Positions 13,504-26,627 of a stretch of 64,000 nt of DNA are shown one piece after another (position 1 is the stretch's first letter; every line of letters starts with the position of its first letter). The stretch is taken from NCBI GenBank assembly GCA_013239625.1, contig MU054120.1, positions 1-64,000 on the forward strand, written 5' to 3'. The notes below the pieces were generated by a model. That model was given only the letters and a program-made list of their open reading frames with translations, did not search any database and had not been told where the DNA came from. The DNA comes from Lama guanicoe (lineage: Eukaryota). Position numbers and translations under genes: made by a program.

Positions 13504-13752
13504 TTCTTAAAAAAAAGTTAGACTCATAGAAACAAAGTAGAAAAGTGGTTGCCAAGGGCGAGGGAAACAAGAGAAGGTTGGTAAAAGAGTGCAAACCTTC
13601 AGTTATAAGATGAATAAGCTCTAAGGATCTAATTGAAAAATGAATGAAACAGGAACCGTTATCTTATACCATTCAGGAAAATTAACTCAAAATGGATGAG
13701 ACCTAAATGTAACACCCAGAATTTTAAAACTCCTAGAAGAAAACACAGGGAA
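12985..13752. mobile_element. Rearranged L1 (L1MA-like): 3' tip on minus (~13000-13135), ORF2 end plus 3'UTR on plus (~13165-13632), upstream ORF2 piece on plus (~13635-13752)
   Basis: 'ttgaggtataa...ttaagtgtacaacatga...gtgattaccacaatt' (antisense 3' tip); 'gatgggagtgtaaattgg...ggaaacaacctaagtatcc...ttcagttataagatgaataag'; 'aaaattaactcaaaatggat...aaaactcctagaagaaaacacaggg'. Confidence 0.8.
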
Positions 13753-15567
13753 TTTTTCCTTTTCTTTTGAAGTAGAGGTGCTCTGCAGATAACTTGTCAT
13801 TTTGTTTTGTGAGCGCACGTTCCTCTGGGATGAATGGTTTCTCTGACAGATAATGTGCCTGGGGAAGGCCAGGCACAACTCTGGTCAGCCTTTATGGAGT
13901 TTAAGAGGTAGAGGCAGATGAGTTCAGCCTATCCTGGGGAAGGGAGCCAGCAGTCTTGTGTCTTAGTATCTTTTCTCAGGATCTTGTAAGTTTTAGAGGA
14001 CTGGAAGATGCAGAGAAAATGCCAAATCAGACTGTTGAGTAGCAATAAATAGAGAACAAGAGATCAAAAGACACAGTGATGTTCCAGTTGAAGGTGGTGG
14101 TGGTAATCAAAAAGAAACAGAACAAAAACTAGGTAGGGAAGTGGGATACTGAGATGTCGTTTGTAAATTTGGAGCAATTAAAGTGCACACTCTATGTACC
14201 AGTATCAAAGTTCTCCTCCAGAATAGTGGGTCAGTCATGTTGAAGTTCATTAATTAATCATTTTATTCTAATTTGTGTTCACAATATATTCATTGTAAGC
14301 TAGCATTGGAGATGTATTTTTTTTTATTTCTAGAAAAATTATCCAATATTTTTAATTTCAATAGTATATCTTTCATAAAAAATAAATGTTAAGCTAGCTC
14401 ACAGATAACATAATTTCATATTCCCTTTTGACTATGAGGTTTTTTTAATTAAGTATCCACATGAATTTTGTAAATATTAATACCTTTGAATCCTTACTCT
14501 TAGCACTGTTTCTGACTCGTGGTTTTTAACGAACCGTTTGAATAATTTGAGAGGGGCAAATCAGAAAATGTGTCAGTGCTTACTTACTTGCCATTCAACT
14601 TTAATGCTTGCTGAGACATGCCTGTTTTGATTTTAGTTTAGCATGGCATTAGGAAGCAATGTGCTTGTGCATGTTCATTGTTCCAACTGCCCTGTTACAA
14701 TAGCTGACTAACAGTAATGCCAAAGCAGTCACTACAAATAGGCTAAGTTATTTTAGTAAATACGTCCTGTATGACCCATAATCATTCAGTATGACACTCC
14801 AGCTAAAAATGCCAAATAAGTCTCCCACTACACTACTTATTTTTATAAATAAACACTGAGTGTGAGCAATCTTGCTCCCTGCCATGACCCCAAAGCTGAT
14901 TGTTCTGCTTCTGTCTATGTTCCTTAAGTTCATGGGTGTGTATAGTCTCCAGAATGGCTCTTGAGCATATACTGATAGGAGCACTGATTAGTCAAGCATG
15001 CTTCTAAAGAAATAATGTGAAGTAGAGAACTTCAGCAAGCTTTGTCATGAAACTTGACGTACACTTGGTAACCGAGTGTTGTCGCTGTGTCCCCAAAATC
15101 ACATGAGCAGTTCTAAGCAATCAGTTCCTAACTCACATGTTTTGCATATTTCTTTGAAATACATAAGCAAACTTTACCAGACTAGTTTTATGCTACCAAA
15201 TACAACAGCAACAAAAAGGCAAATCTGGCAATGTAATACCGTTAAACTTTGCCTTTGGATTCATAAAGACTTGAGTCCAAAACTTGCCTGTGGCAACAAT
15301 TAACTACACGATCTTAGGCAAATTATCTATTCTCTCTGAGCCTTATTTTTTTTTCTTTTAAAATGCAGTTGCATACTTAAAAGGATTGTGATGATTTGTG
15401 AAAAGAATTGTAATGATTTAGTCAAGAAAAAGCCTCTAAGAGAGACCATCTAGTATCGTCCTTGTGACTTGAGGAAGGTTGGTGCTTTAAAAAGTTATGT
15501 CTGTGTTTGATGAGATGAAGGATAGGAACCATGTAGAATTTGTACATCTGTAGATAAACATCTTTAT

Positions 15568-15672
15568 TTCTCTTCCTCCTCTTCCTCTTATTCTACTTCT
15601 TCTCATCCCCCTCTTCCTCCTTTCTCTCATTCTCCCTCTACCTCTCCGCCTCCTCTCTCCACCCCTCCTTCC
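15568..15672. repeat. CT-rich low-complexity (polypyrimidine) tract
   Basis: Read directly from the sequence. Confidence 0.85.
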
Positions 15673-15719
15673 CAGAATCTGCAGAATTTTCCTACGTTAG
15701 TGGAATTCTCTTCTTTTGA

Positions 15720-15915
15720 TATTATCTACTGCCACACAACAATCTCCAAATATAGTGGTTAAACAACAGTGTACATGTATGCTCGTGGCTTTGTGGGTTT
15801 TGTGCACTTCCCAGGCTCAGTTGACCAGTTCTTGCTTGTGATTTCTCAACATGCTGCAGTCATGTGTCAGCTGGGACTACAGTGGTCCTAAAATTTGACC
15901 AGCCTGGATACTAAA
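15720..15915 (-). mobile_element. MaLR LTR fragment (MLT1-like)
   Basis: 'tagtggttaaacaacag...ggctcagttgaccagttcttgcttg...gctgcagtcatgtgtcagctgggactacag'. Confidence 0.65.
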
Positions 15916-16514
15916 GGAGAGCGCCGAGACCCAGGCAGCCCAGGAGCATGAGGCGATTGGGGAAGTCGTAGAAGATAAGCAAAGTAATTAGAAATTTTAT
16001 GACTTATATAAATATAACTACAATGAAAAGCAGCCTTTCCAGTGGCATGTAAAAGGCTACCTTTGTAGTCATGGAAACTGAATTGTGGCTTGATACCCCT
16101 TCCCATCAAAAGACATATAAAACACCACAAAACTCTCACTATTAGAACATCATGCAGACATCATAATTAAACTATGACAGGGAGCAAACAGACCAAATGA
16201 TAGTGGATGGAGGCTTCGGACAGAAGTAAGATGTGAGTGAATATTCTAATGCGACCTTGTGCCAGTACTGCTGTATATTTTTAACTGGTCACCATACCCT
16301 CATTTGCCTCCCTCTCAAAAGTCACCATGCTCACACCAATTCATCTTTTCAAAGTTTACTTTTGGTAACATCTTTCCTTCACAGCCATATGGATAAAGGT
16401 TAAGATTTAGACAGTGGTAAATACAATAATATTGTTATAAAATTTCACTTTAATGTTAGGAACCATGAAATAACCACAGCAAGCCCTTAATATGGTCTAA
16501 ACTCGCTTTTAAAC

Positions 16515-16705
16515 GTTCTCGTTGGGACCACGTCATTTAAATCTTACAGCAGTGCTATGAAAACAGTTTTTAAAGGCTGTTTTCATACCCATTTTCTTGA
16601 TGAGGAAATGGAGAGAGATTATTCCTTTTTCAGGGGACACAGCTGGTGAGTGACTGGGTTAGAATCTCAACCCAAGCAATCGAGCTTCAGAATCTGAGCT
16701 TTAAC
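16515..16705 (-). mobile_element. MIR SINE remnant
   Basis: 'tcatttaaatcttacagc...cccattttcttgatgaggaaatggag...acacagctggtgagtgactggg' matches the MIR core in antisense. Confidence 0.7.
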
Positions 16706-17461
16706 ATAATTTATTTTATATTATTATTATATATTATAGGCATTGTTTCTAATATATCATGTTATACGCTATATAATTATATCATGTCATATTATATATA
16801 ATACACATTAATAATTCTTACCAGAGTGGTTCTACTCTTTCCTATTTCAAAACTCATTAAAAATGTCAATGTTAATATCATTTTCAAAATTTTATTTCAG
16901 TATTTCTATAATACCAAATTGAGTATTATACCAGTCTTAATTATTTGGGAAGATTCCAGCATTGCAAAAATCATCTTGTTTTGCATGAAGGCATCTTTAC
17001 TCTTTCAGAACATTATCTTGAGGAGAGATTCTAGACAACAGTATTAGAATGTCTAAAGAGACAAACACACTTAATGCTCTTGATGCATGTGCTGGTTACA
17101 AAGTTTTTTTTCCTGGCATGTAAAGGCTGTAAAGTCAGACGATAATTAATAACCACATCTACTAATCATTCTACTAATATATTCTGTATGTTCAGGCTTG
17201 TTCCCTGAAGCTGGGCCAGTCTGAATATTTTGACATAGGAAAACAGCAGTGCACCTGGTCAACATGAAGTCAGCATTTAAGAATAAGTAAAATCCTTAAG
17301 AGCTTGGAGGAAAGGAGTATGTAATATTCCAGACTGAGAATCTGCTACCTCTCTTCTGATTGTCTCACTGTAGAAAACATTCACAGGCATACTACCCATT
17401 ATTAGATTATTTTCAGGCCAGCTAGATAAAAATGTAAGGATCAATGCAATTCTAAATCACA

Positions 17462-17598
17462 ATTTATTTTTAATTTTTTTGGTAGATAATTAGGTTTGTT
17501 TGCTTATTTATTTTTCTTTAATGACGGTGCTGGAGATTGAACCCAGGACCTCATGCATGCTAAGCATGCACTCTACCACTTGAGCTATACCCTCCCCA
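17462..17598 (-). mobile_element. tRNA-derived SINE, Vic-1-like (camelid), with target-site duplication
   Basis: Minus strand reads GGGGAGGGTATAGCTCAAGTGGTAGAG (A box)...CATGCTTAGCATGCATGAGGTCCTGGGTTCAATCTCC (B box), then an A-rich tail. Flanking direct repeat ctaaatcaca at 17452-17461 and 17599-17608. Confidence 0.9.
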
Positions 17599-20500
17599 CT
17601 AAATCACAGTATTTTAAACAACTTTATTATTCTTGGAATGATCCACATGACAGTTAACTGGGGATACTTGATGTTTTGCCAGAATTATTTTGCATCACTT
17701 CAGACTAAAGCTAGTGGTCTGTCTATCCTAGCATAAATGTGACAAAACGTGTGCCTTTCCAGAATGTCAAAGCAAGTTGTTGGTCTTTCCATAATTTTTG
17801 ATGTCAAATGTCTAGTAACTCATGCTGACTGATTTTTGTCAAAATTATATGTGTTAAAAATTATTATATGTGTTAAAAATTAATAGTAGCACTGCCAGGA
17901 AACTTCATGAGGTATTTAACATATGAGCTAATGTTTTCCGTAAATATTTCCGTACATTCGTATTCACATCTTTACTTATCTCAGACTTACTTATGGAAAG
18001 GACTTCATTAAAGCATTATGAAAAAGATATTTACTGAGAGAAAGACAAATGATTAATACCTAACAGTCATAGAACACATTGGAGCTGATGGTCTTGCCAT
18101 TAAAAGGAGCTGTGAACAGCACTGCTTGAAATGGTATCTCCATTAATGTAACAGCGCCCTCTACATTCAAGTGTTTGCAATAGAGAGACTAGTATCTTTG
18201 AATAGTTAATGAAACCTAATTTTTCCATATCAGTTATTACACGTAAGAGTTAAATCAACTTTTTAACTTTTTTATCAATCAGTTTTATAGTCTGCTTCCA
18301 TGAAGCCAAAAGGATATGGTTAAGATTTTATAAGCAAAAAAAAAATGAAATAGAATTTTAAATCCATAGCTGTTAGCTTCTTTGGAGTATAGCCACTCAC
18401 CTATCGTGCTTGAATATTAACAGAAAAAATGATTTTGACTGGGAAAATGATACAATTTTAACACTGACAATTAAAATTTGAAAGTCTTTAAGAAGTAATA
18501 TAAAAATATTTTAATTTGACAGAAACCATAAAGCACAAATTACAGGTTTCATTCATAAGGCACCTTGCAAATTATAATGAAAGCCTGACTGAATTATATA
18601 GAAATCTACTACCGGTTAGATTTATCATAGAACAAATACCAAAGAACAGAGAGGTACTGTACTTTATCATAAAACTAATGCCAGAGAAACAGCTGAGGTA
18701 CTATACTGTTTTAGAAACCACTGTCCTGAGGAAAGGCTGTACTTCTTTTTCATCCTATAGTATCTACAATGTATCCGTCAGTTTCCCAATGTAAAGCTTT
18801 GGATTACTTTACAAACTTTGCCCTAAAAAGGTTAAAGGCAAGATGAAAATTAGAACAGAGAAGCCCAAGTTTGCTGAGAGCTTACTTAAATAGGAGTAGT
18901 TCAAAATGTTTCTGTTTGTTTTTATTAGTAATTTATAATGTTTGACCTTTTAAGTACCTGTTAGCTTATGTTAATTGTTGCAGGCTGGAAACACTTACAA
19001 ATATTGAATTTTCTGCTATAAAATGAAATGCACAAAATGGAGGCTTTGATTGAGGATTTTTATTCTAAACTTTTCATTTATGCAACTGTGTTGCTAAGCA
19101 TATGCTAAAAATAGGAAGAAAAGGAAGACAGAAAACAGTGGATTAGGCAAATAAAGTTGGAATTTTTTACAAAGAGAGTGTATCAAATTAGAAATAGAAG
19201 TCACCCTAGGATGTCTAAAAAATATTAAATGCTTCTGTCATACATTTTAATTTTTACACAGTTCAAGACTTTAAAGTACTATGACAATTTGAAGAAATAA
19301 TTCTATACTTTTTTTCTCCCAAACTGTCAAACTTATTCTACATGATTTATATGATGCTACTGAAGTTTGAATGTATATCACTTGAGAGAGAAAATTAGAC
19401 ACTCCAACTAAAACAAATAATCTTTATCAGAAGAAGTTAAACACAAATATATTCAAATCCAACCCTGTGACTTCCATTAAATGTACTTATAAGCCATAAC
19501 ACAACTAACCAAAATTAAGTATAGACATGTTAAAACTTTTCAGGGGGCATAGAAATAGAATTTATTCTGAAATTTATTCCTGTCTGTCAGAACTAAATAT
19601 AAAGTTGAAATCTTACAAATCTCCAAATATCATTTTTTTTTTGAGAAAATGAGGGCCCCAAAATAAGGAGTATGAATAAAGAGCCCATGTTTTTGTTTCA
19701 ATAATGTGGTGGAAGAATGAACTATTTTGCAAACTATAATTATATTCTACCTTTAATATTTAAAAATAAATAAATTGTTGAATATATTAATTTTTCTAAA
19801 AACCAAAAAATGTAATTTTAAAAGTATGCACTTTATAAATTTAATATAAATTTAAAAAGTGAAAAAAACAAACAAAACCCAGAAGATGAGTGGATTTATT
19901 TACTTTTTCTTTTAAGGATGGTGAAGAAAAATCAAACCATTTGAACATTTTTGTTTTAAATACTGCATAGGAGAAGAAACATTTATATATGAAATATTAT
20001 AGAGCAAACCTGTCTCTACAAGAACTAACTGTCCCATACAAAAAAATAAATACACAAACAGTTGCTAAAATAGGTGATCAATTTGGGAAGTGACCATCTT
20101 GTAAATTTGTGACTAGATTAGTAGATATTTTGGGGAAAGAGATTCACTTGCCACTCATCTACTATGCACTATTTAATTGAATGTGACTCTTCTCTATAAT
20201 GCTGAAAAGAAAAATGTCATATATGCATATATGTGTGTGTGTGTGTATATATGTCATATGTGTGTATCATGTATATGTATATAAAAAAAAAAGAATGCCT
20301 GGAATCCATGACCTGGCAAAGACAATGATTCAGAGTCAAGGTTAAATTAGGAAGCAAGGACTGGAAATACAGTGATGAGGATATGTAGTCCTACCTTTTG
20401 TAACCGAGATTTACTGTATAGGAACTCTGCCAGCAACTCCATCTAGCCCCACCTTTACAAAAGAAGTTGGGGTCTAAGTGCCTCCTCTATCCGATACATC

Positions 20501-20659
20501 CCCATCTCTATCACCAAGACTTTCTTGCTGCTAGATTCTGAGTCCTTAACTCAGGCAATCAGTCATCCCTGTTTACTTCCTACACCAACTCCCTCCATTA
20601 GGTCTTTTTCATTACGATTTATTATTTATATTGCAACAGATTGCCCTTTCAAAACCATC

Positions 20660-21260
20660 AATCCAGATAATAAGCTCTATGAGGGAAAAGACCCTGACAG
20701 TGACAAATTCACCGCAGTCTGTAGCTCCTAACCCACAAGCCAGGGCCCAGTGCACAGTACACAGAGCAAGCCTTTAAGGAATATTGTTGAATGAGTGAGT
20801 GAACAAACACAAAACCTACTCATTGCATTCCCTTCGGTGGCACCACATAAATTTCACCTTTATTAATGTGACCTAGAATGCATTATACACACAGATCTCA
20901 TCCTTTTTAATCTCTCTCTCCCCACGTGCTCCTTTTTCTCCACAATGGACTCTATTATCCAACAACAGTGCCCTTCTTTCAGTTCCCCCTAAATAGGAAG
21001 CTCTTCATTTTAAGTCCTTTTCACTCACCTTCTGTCATCTGGAATATTCCCGCACTTTTCTCTCTTTTTCCCTCTAAACTGCCCTTCTTCAGGCTACCAC
21101 CTCACCTCTCAGCCTCGGCGGTCAGTGTATCACCTCAAATTGCCCTCTCAAAGCTCCCAAAAATACCCAGGACAAACCTCACGTTGAATCTGGCCTAGAG
21201 TGAAATGCCCGGCACGTGATGTGCACTCACACGTGTGCTGAAAGAAAGAATAGGAAATGT
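20660..21260. mobile_element. L2 remnants
   Basis: 'ataagctctatgagggaaaagacc...aatattgttgaatgagtgagtgaa' is an L2 3' end; further L2-like text follows to ~21250. Confidence 0.6.
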
Positions 21261-22359
21261 CACTCCACTGATGGTCACTTGAAGGTTGTTCAGTCTTTTT
21301 GTAAATCAAGGTAAATTCACTTTTGCACTTGTTCTGCAAATCTGATTATTGCTTTCATGACAAAAGTCCAACAGCTCTGTCTTTATAGTTTCCAAGATAA
21401 AATTATTGTCTAGGACAATGAAGATCATATCTTGTTCCTGTACAATAAATCTCGGTTACAAATCCTGTACCAATATTCAGACATGGATGCAAATGCATAT
21501 ATATTCATAATAATTATGAATGAATTTAATAAACAAAGTGTCACTGATTGACAATATGGCAAAATAGGACAAACATGGAACTTTGGATATGCAGCTACCT
21601 GTGCTGGAATCTTAGACTTACCAATTCAGTTTTTCTGACCTTGCATTAGTTCCTTGGTATCTCTAAATCTCACTTTCCTCATGTATAAAACAGAAATAAA
21701 AGCACCTTATGGTGTGGTTGGAAAGAGTACACAGACCCTGAAAGATTATAGGTCTTAAAAAATGGGTATCATTTTTCCTTAGTCCTTGTGTTAAAAATCT
21801 GTATCATGGAATGTTCTTTCAGTGGAAAGAGTTATTAACAAATAGAGTACCACGGAAGAATACCATGGGAGATATCTCTATAAACCTGTTGTTTTCCTAT
21901 CCAAGAAGATAATTAAGACTTGACCATGACTAATTACCTTACCGATAGGTTTCCTGCCTCTATTGCAAATTAATTTGTGTCACATAAAGTGCACTGAGAC
22001 ATGTATTAAATTAAGTATTCAGTGTCTGGTAATCAATTCATCTTTAAAAAAAAGATTTAAACACTTGTAAGTGTAACATTGATGCATTTATAATTTAAAA
22101 AATTTGTCAGCTATTATGTACAATTATTAGATGGACCCTCAAACTTTTAACCCTTACTCTTTTACTCAACTAAATTTACAGTTAAATACTAGAGTGAGTC
22201 TACAGGATTAAAGAAGTAGTCTCATATTATTCATAGTGTTTAGCTTAGCGGGTTCATTTGGAACTATTTCTAAAATATTTCTTATGTGTCAGGCATAGTT
22301 CTAGGTGCTAAGGATATAACAGTGGACAAAATGGGGAAAAACATTCCTATTCTTATTAC

Positions 22360-22924
22360 AGCGTAAAACAGCACCCACGTATTATCTCAGTTTTGCAGGT
22401 CAGAAATCTGACTCGTGTTGGTTGGGTCCTCTGTGTAGGTTCTGGCAGGGAGGGAAGAAATAAGATGTCAGCAGGGGTGGGCTGTTGGAGTCTCTGAGAA
22501 GGAATCTGCTTCTAAGATCAGTCACGTTGCTGGCAGAGTTCATTTCCCTGCAGTTGCAGAATTGAGGTCCCTGGTTCCTTATTGGATGTCAGCCAAGGGT
22601 CATGCTTCGCTTCTTGTGACTGTTCCTTGCCCATGACCCATCCCATCTCCCAAACCAGCAATGGCACATCAAATTCTCTTAGTTTGAATATCTCTCTTTA
22701 TTTTATGCTGCCAGTCAGAGAAAACTGCTTTAAAAGGGCTTGTCTGATTGAGTCAATTCCACCTGGATGGATGGATAATCTCTGTTACCTTAAGGTCAAC
22801 AGTTTTGGGATTTTACTACATCTGCAAAATCCCTTCACAGCAGTACCTATATTAATGTTTGATTGAGTAACCATCAGATGGAAATCTTGAGAAGAAAGCA
22901 TCTTTGGAATCCTGCCTGCCACAA
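22360..22924 (-). mobile_element. MaLR solo LTR (MLT1E-like) inserted into an L2
   Basis: 'catctgcaaaatcccttcacagcagtacctatattaatgtttgattg...cctgcctgccaca' is the reverse complement of the element at 58280. L2-like flanks at ~22265-22355 and ~22930-23230. Confidence 0.85.
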
Positions 22925-23467
22925 CAGGCAGCACTGAAATGTAAGAAAACAAGTGAAATACATACTATGTCAGACGATTATAAGTGCCATAGAAAAAAAT
23001 AAAGAAGTAGGGTATAAGAAATGCTCACATGGAAAAGTATTGTAAGCTCATAGTCTGTGGCCACAAACGGAAGACATACCCAGAGAGGCCTGGGCTTCTG
23101 GAGGCGACAGGCTGAAAGAACATTGAGAATCCCCCTGGAGTTTAAAGCAGAAAGTAATGGAATAGAGCTGAACTGTGTCTGAGAGGAAGAAGGAGGGAGA
23201 AACCTTGACAGGAGCATTTAGCGTTTGGTGACTCCATTTTAACTCTGATAAGCGGTTGTACACGGGCCAAGGGAGGAGGGGCCATCAAATAAAAAATATA
23301 ACCTAAGCTGTACTAATTTACCAAAAGACAAAAGCTGTGCACACCCTCAGTTGTGTCTTCTTCCCACTAACCTAAATGTGGTGTTTATTATTCCAATGCA
23401 TGTTATTATACTGATCCTTGAAATGGAAATCATACTTTCAAAATGGTCAAAGGACTCACAAAACAAA

Positions 23468-23815
23468 CTGTACCAAGATAAACTATCTAAGCTCAAACCT
23501 TTTTAACACCAGTTTATTCAGACCCAAGTGTTCCAAGCTAAAATAGACCAACTAACCAAATAGCAACTCTAGAGAGGCTCAAATATTTTAAAGGTAAGGT
23601 CTGTGATCTTCCAGCAGCTCCTTATTGTATCAGCTCAGTCCCTGTCAATACCATCCTATGACTAATTCCCATATCAGAAATGCTATAAGTAACTTGCCCT
23701 GATGCCTCATTTTGAGAATCCTCTTGGTTCCTCATGGTTTGCAGTTTCCTTTATTAGCTGTAGCAAGCTAATAAAGCTAACACCGGAATGACTCAGATGA
23801 TCTTACCAAGCAGAG
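23468..23815 (+). mobile_element. Possible old solo LTR (family unassigned)
   Basis: Starts near TGTA; a TATA-like 'gctataagt' (~23682) precedes an AATAAA (~23770) with LTR-like spacing. Confidence 0.4.
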
Positions 23816-24165
23816 TCCCAGCAAAACTTAACCACATCCCTCACTGACATGGCAGGAAGCTCAACTCTGTAATAGTGTGTACGTCTGAGATACCCAGAGT
23901 CGTCTTCTGTGCTGAGGCCAACTGCCCGTATACATGACTTAAGTTTTATGCTTAATCTAAGCTCCAGTTATTTCGTAGAGTCCTCAGCATTATGTTTTCT
24001 TCTCCGTTCTGAGAAAAAGTCCCCAGACTTGTTGGTCATTGGTCAGATTGGTACACTTTTTCCTTTGTATAGATCTTCCAAAGCATTCATCTGCCACCGA
24101 CCATACTCTCTCTACCTGTGTACTGTCTATAAGGTTAAAACCTTATTTAACTATAAGGTTAAAAC

Positions 24166-24382
24166 AAGACTGGAGTATCTTTCTATAAAAAGCCAGATAA
24201 TAAATATTTAGGCTCTGTGGGCCAGCCATTCTTGGCTACAACTACTCTAATCTGTATTGTAGACCAAAATCAACAGCAGACAATATGTAATGAAGGCACA
24301 AGGCTGTGTCCCAGTAAAACTTTATTTCACAAACAGATGTTGATCTGAATTTAGCTGGCTGGCTGTAGTTTGCTGACCCCTG
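24166..24382 (+). mobile_element. hAT-Charlie MITE (MER58A-like)
   Basis: 'tttctataaaaagccagataataaatatttaggctctgtgggcc...ggctgtgtcccagtaaaactttattt...gctgtagtttgctgacccctg'. Confidence 0.85.
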
Positions 24383-25404
24383 ATTTATAAGATGGAATTC
24401 AAAGGGCAAGAGACAGAGGTCAGAAAAATTGGCCTCTCCAGCTGGATTGAAGCTGACATTTTCAGAATGTCATGTTGCACCAGTGTTCTTTGGACAAATG
24501 TACTATCAGTTCGCCTTTTGAAGACCTTGGAAGGCATTCCTCAGTACTGTCTTTGTGTTTCTGAGACTGTTTTATTTAATTCCATCTGCCAGGGCTGGGG
24601 GCTTCTTTGTGCTATTCGTTTTTAGCAACAACTAATTTTTGGCCAGGTTCTGGAGACACGTGGTTTCACAATAATAATCCTTACTGACTGTTGCATTTCT
24701 CATGAAGTTGTCAGCGTTCCCTCCAGACTAGAAATCTGCTTCCTTCGTAACTCTTGTTACAATCTTAACGCATATGCAAATCTCTTTAGCTGGCGTAATT
24801 TCACCAAGGGCAATTTGGAACTGTTGTGACAGTAAGAGGAACTCTTGATATGAACAAGGTTGTTCATTTAAAAGGCTTCATAAAACAAGCATTGAGTGAA
24901 TCAGATTTTAAAGTCTCTTACAGTCTATTGGCGCTCAGGTTCTGATTGATACATATTTAGGATTTACATCAAAAAAAAGAAAAGATTCAAGAAAAAAATT
25001 TTAAATGGCTAACTTTTAATGTATTAAATGTTTTGACTCTTAAAGAAAACCTTTTTTCCTCCCCAAAATGAGTCTGTAAAAGGCTATAGACTAATTTTTT
25101 TCCTGTAAAAAACAAATTCTAAAATTCAGTGATTTAAAGTAGTATCCTTGGTTATGGTTATAGACAAAAAGAAAAGTGTGTAATTCAGAACTTTTAAACA
25201 TAACAGAGTCTTTTAAAATGTGATTTATTAATACAGGGCTTATAATTTGTGTTTAAAAGGTTAATTTAATATTTTTAATAAATAGAAGACATTTCTTAAA
25301 AAATTTAGAGTTAATAGTATTTGTTTTGAAACCTCTCTTTGTGTCTTCTTTCTAATTTTATTACAGTGTAAACAACATTCTACTTTGTATAGAACTAAGA
25401 ATTG

Positions 25405-25740
25405 CATGAGTTATGTATTTGGATGTGAACACCTTATCAGATGTCATTTACAAATATTTCTCTCCTTTCCATAGATTGCCTTTTCATTTTGCTGATCTTG
25501 TTTTGTTTTGTCCTGTTATGCGAAAGGTTTTTAGTTTCATGTAGTCCCACCTATTTAGCTTTGCTTTTGTCGCTTATGCTTTTGCTGTTGTATCCATAAA
25601 ATCGTTGCCAAGACCAGTGTCAAGGAGCTTGTTACTTTGTTTTCTTCTAGAAGTTTCATGATTTCAGGTCTTACATTTCAAAGTAATTTTTGTGAGTGTT
25701 ATGAGATATGGCTTCAGTTTCATCCTTTTGTGTGTGAACA
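25405..25740 (-). mobile_element. L1 ORF2 fragment
   Basis: Homologous to window positions ~90-420 ('gccttttcattttg', 'ttgccaagaccagtgtcaagg', 'tcaggtcttacattt'). Confidence 0.85.
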
Positions 25741-26420
25741 GGTTGCTGAAACCGAGGTTTGGCTGCTTGCTGCTGGAAAGCCAATACTTGAGAGGCATGT
25801 GTTGGTAGAAAGGAAAGTTTGCTTTATTCCGGTGGCCGGCAGCGGGGGAGAGAGGGGCAGACCCATGTCCAAAGGCCACTCCCCTTCGGTGGGATCTTGC
25901 CAGATCAGCAGGCAAGAGCTTCTAAAGGGGAGTGTCAGGGTGTATAAGTGGAGAGAAGGGACAACATGCAGAACAGCACTGTCAGCTCCAGCAGTCATCT
26001 TGAGGTTAGTCGTGCAGTGGTCTGATCAGCATCATCTTGATTGTTTTCAGTACAGTTAATTTTCAGTTCCAGGGTTGGTTTGTTCCCATTTCCTTGAGGC
26101 CAGTTCTCAGAGTTGTGGCAGCTTTATGTCATGGCTACAGTCTGCTCATCATATAGTTAACTTCTTCCACTTGGTGGGGGTTTCAGTACCTACAAAATAG
26201 CTCAGAGAGTATGGCTCAAAGTATTATCCATAGTTCTTGAGGAGGAACTAAAGATCCTTGACTTTGTTTAATGATTAAACTATTATTATTTTGTTTTGCT
26301 ATTTCCCTTCGTTTCTGTATTTTCTTATTTCTCTGATTAAACTGATTATTCTTTGACTAAAGTTTTTCTACAGACAAGAGACGGGCAGAGAGTACAGATG
26401 GGGGAGGGCATCTGTCCAGT
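25741..26420 (-). mobile_element. ERV1-class solo LTR (cetartiodactyl MER41-like), nested at the L1 fragment
   Basis: GC-richer ~680-bp block: 'gttgctgaaaccgaggtttggctgcttgctgctggaaagccaata...gctttatt' (minus-strand AATAAA at ~25823), 'ttcttgaggaggaactaaagatccttgactttg', 'ctaaagtttttctacagacaagag'. The ORFs here are incidental. Confidence 0.75.
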
Positions 26421-26627
26421 CAGTTGTCCTGGCATCTTCTGTTCTTGTGATCTTCCCATGGTCCTTGGGCATGTAGAGATTCTAGAAACGCTCTGCCTTT
26501 ATATAACCATTCTGCGCATTTTGTCCACAACACCACATCATTTCAACTTAGACGTTTTGAGTTAAGACCAGCTGACAAAGCAACATTAAGATAGTGAGAG
26601 GTTGAAACAGATTTTCAAGCAGTTCTT

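Noticed and set aside
17525..17598. Possible tRNA-Ala gene
   Set aside because: An A-rich tail, a TSD and an imperfect acceptor stem indicate a SINE.
25637..26059. 140-aa ORF
   Set aside because: It spans an L1/LTR junction and is a chance ORF in GC-richer LTR sequence.
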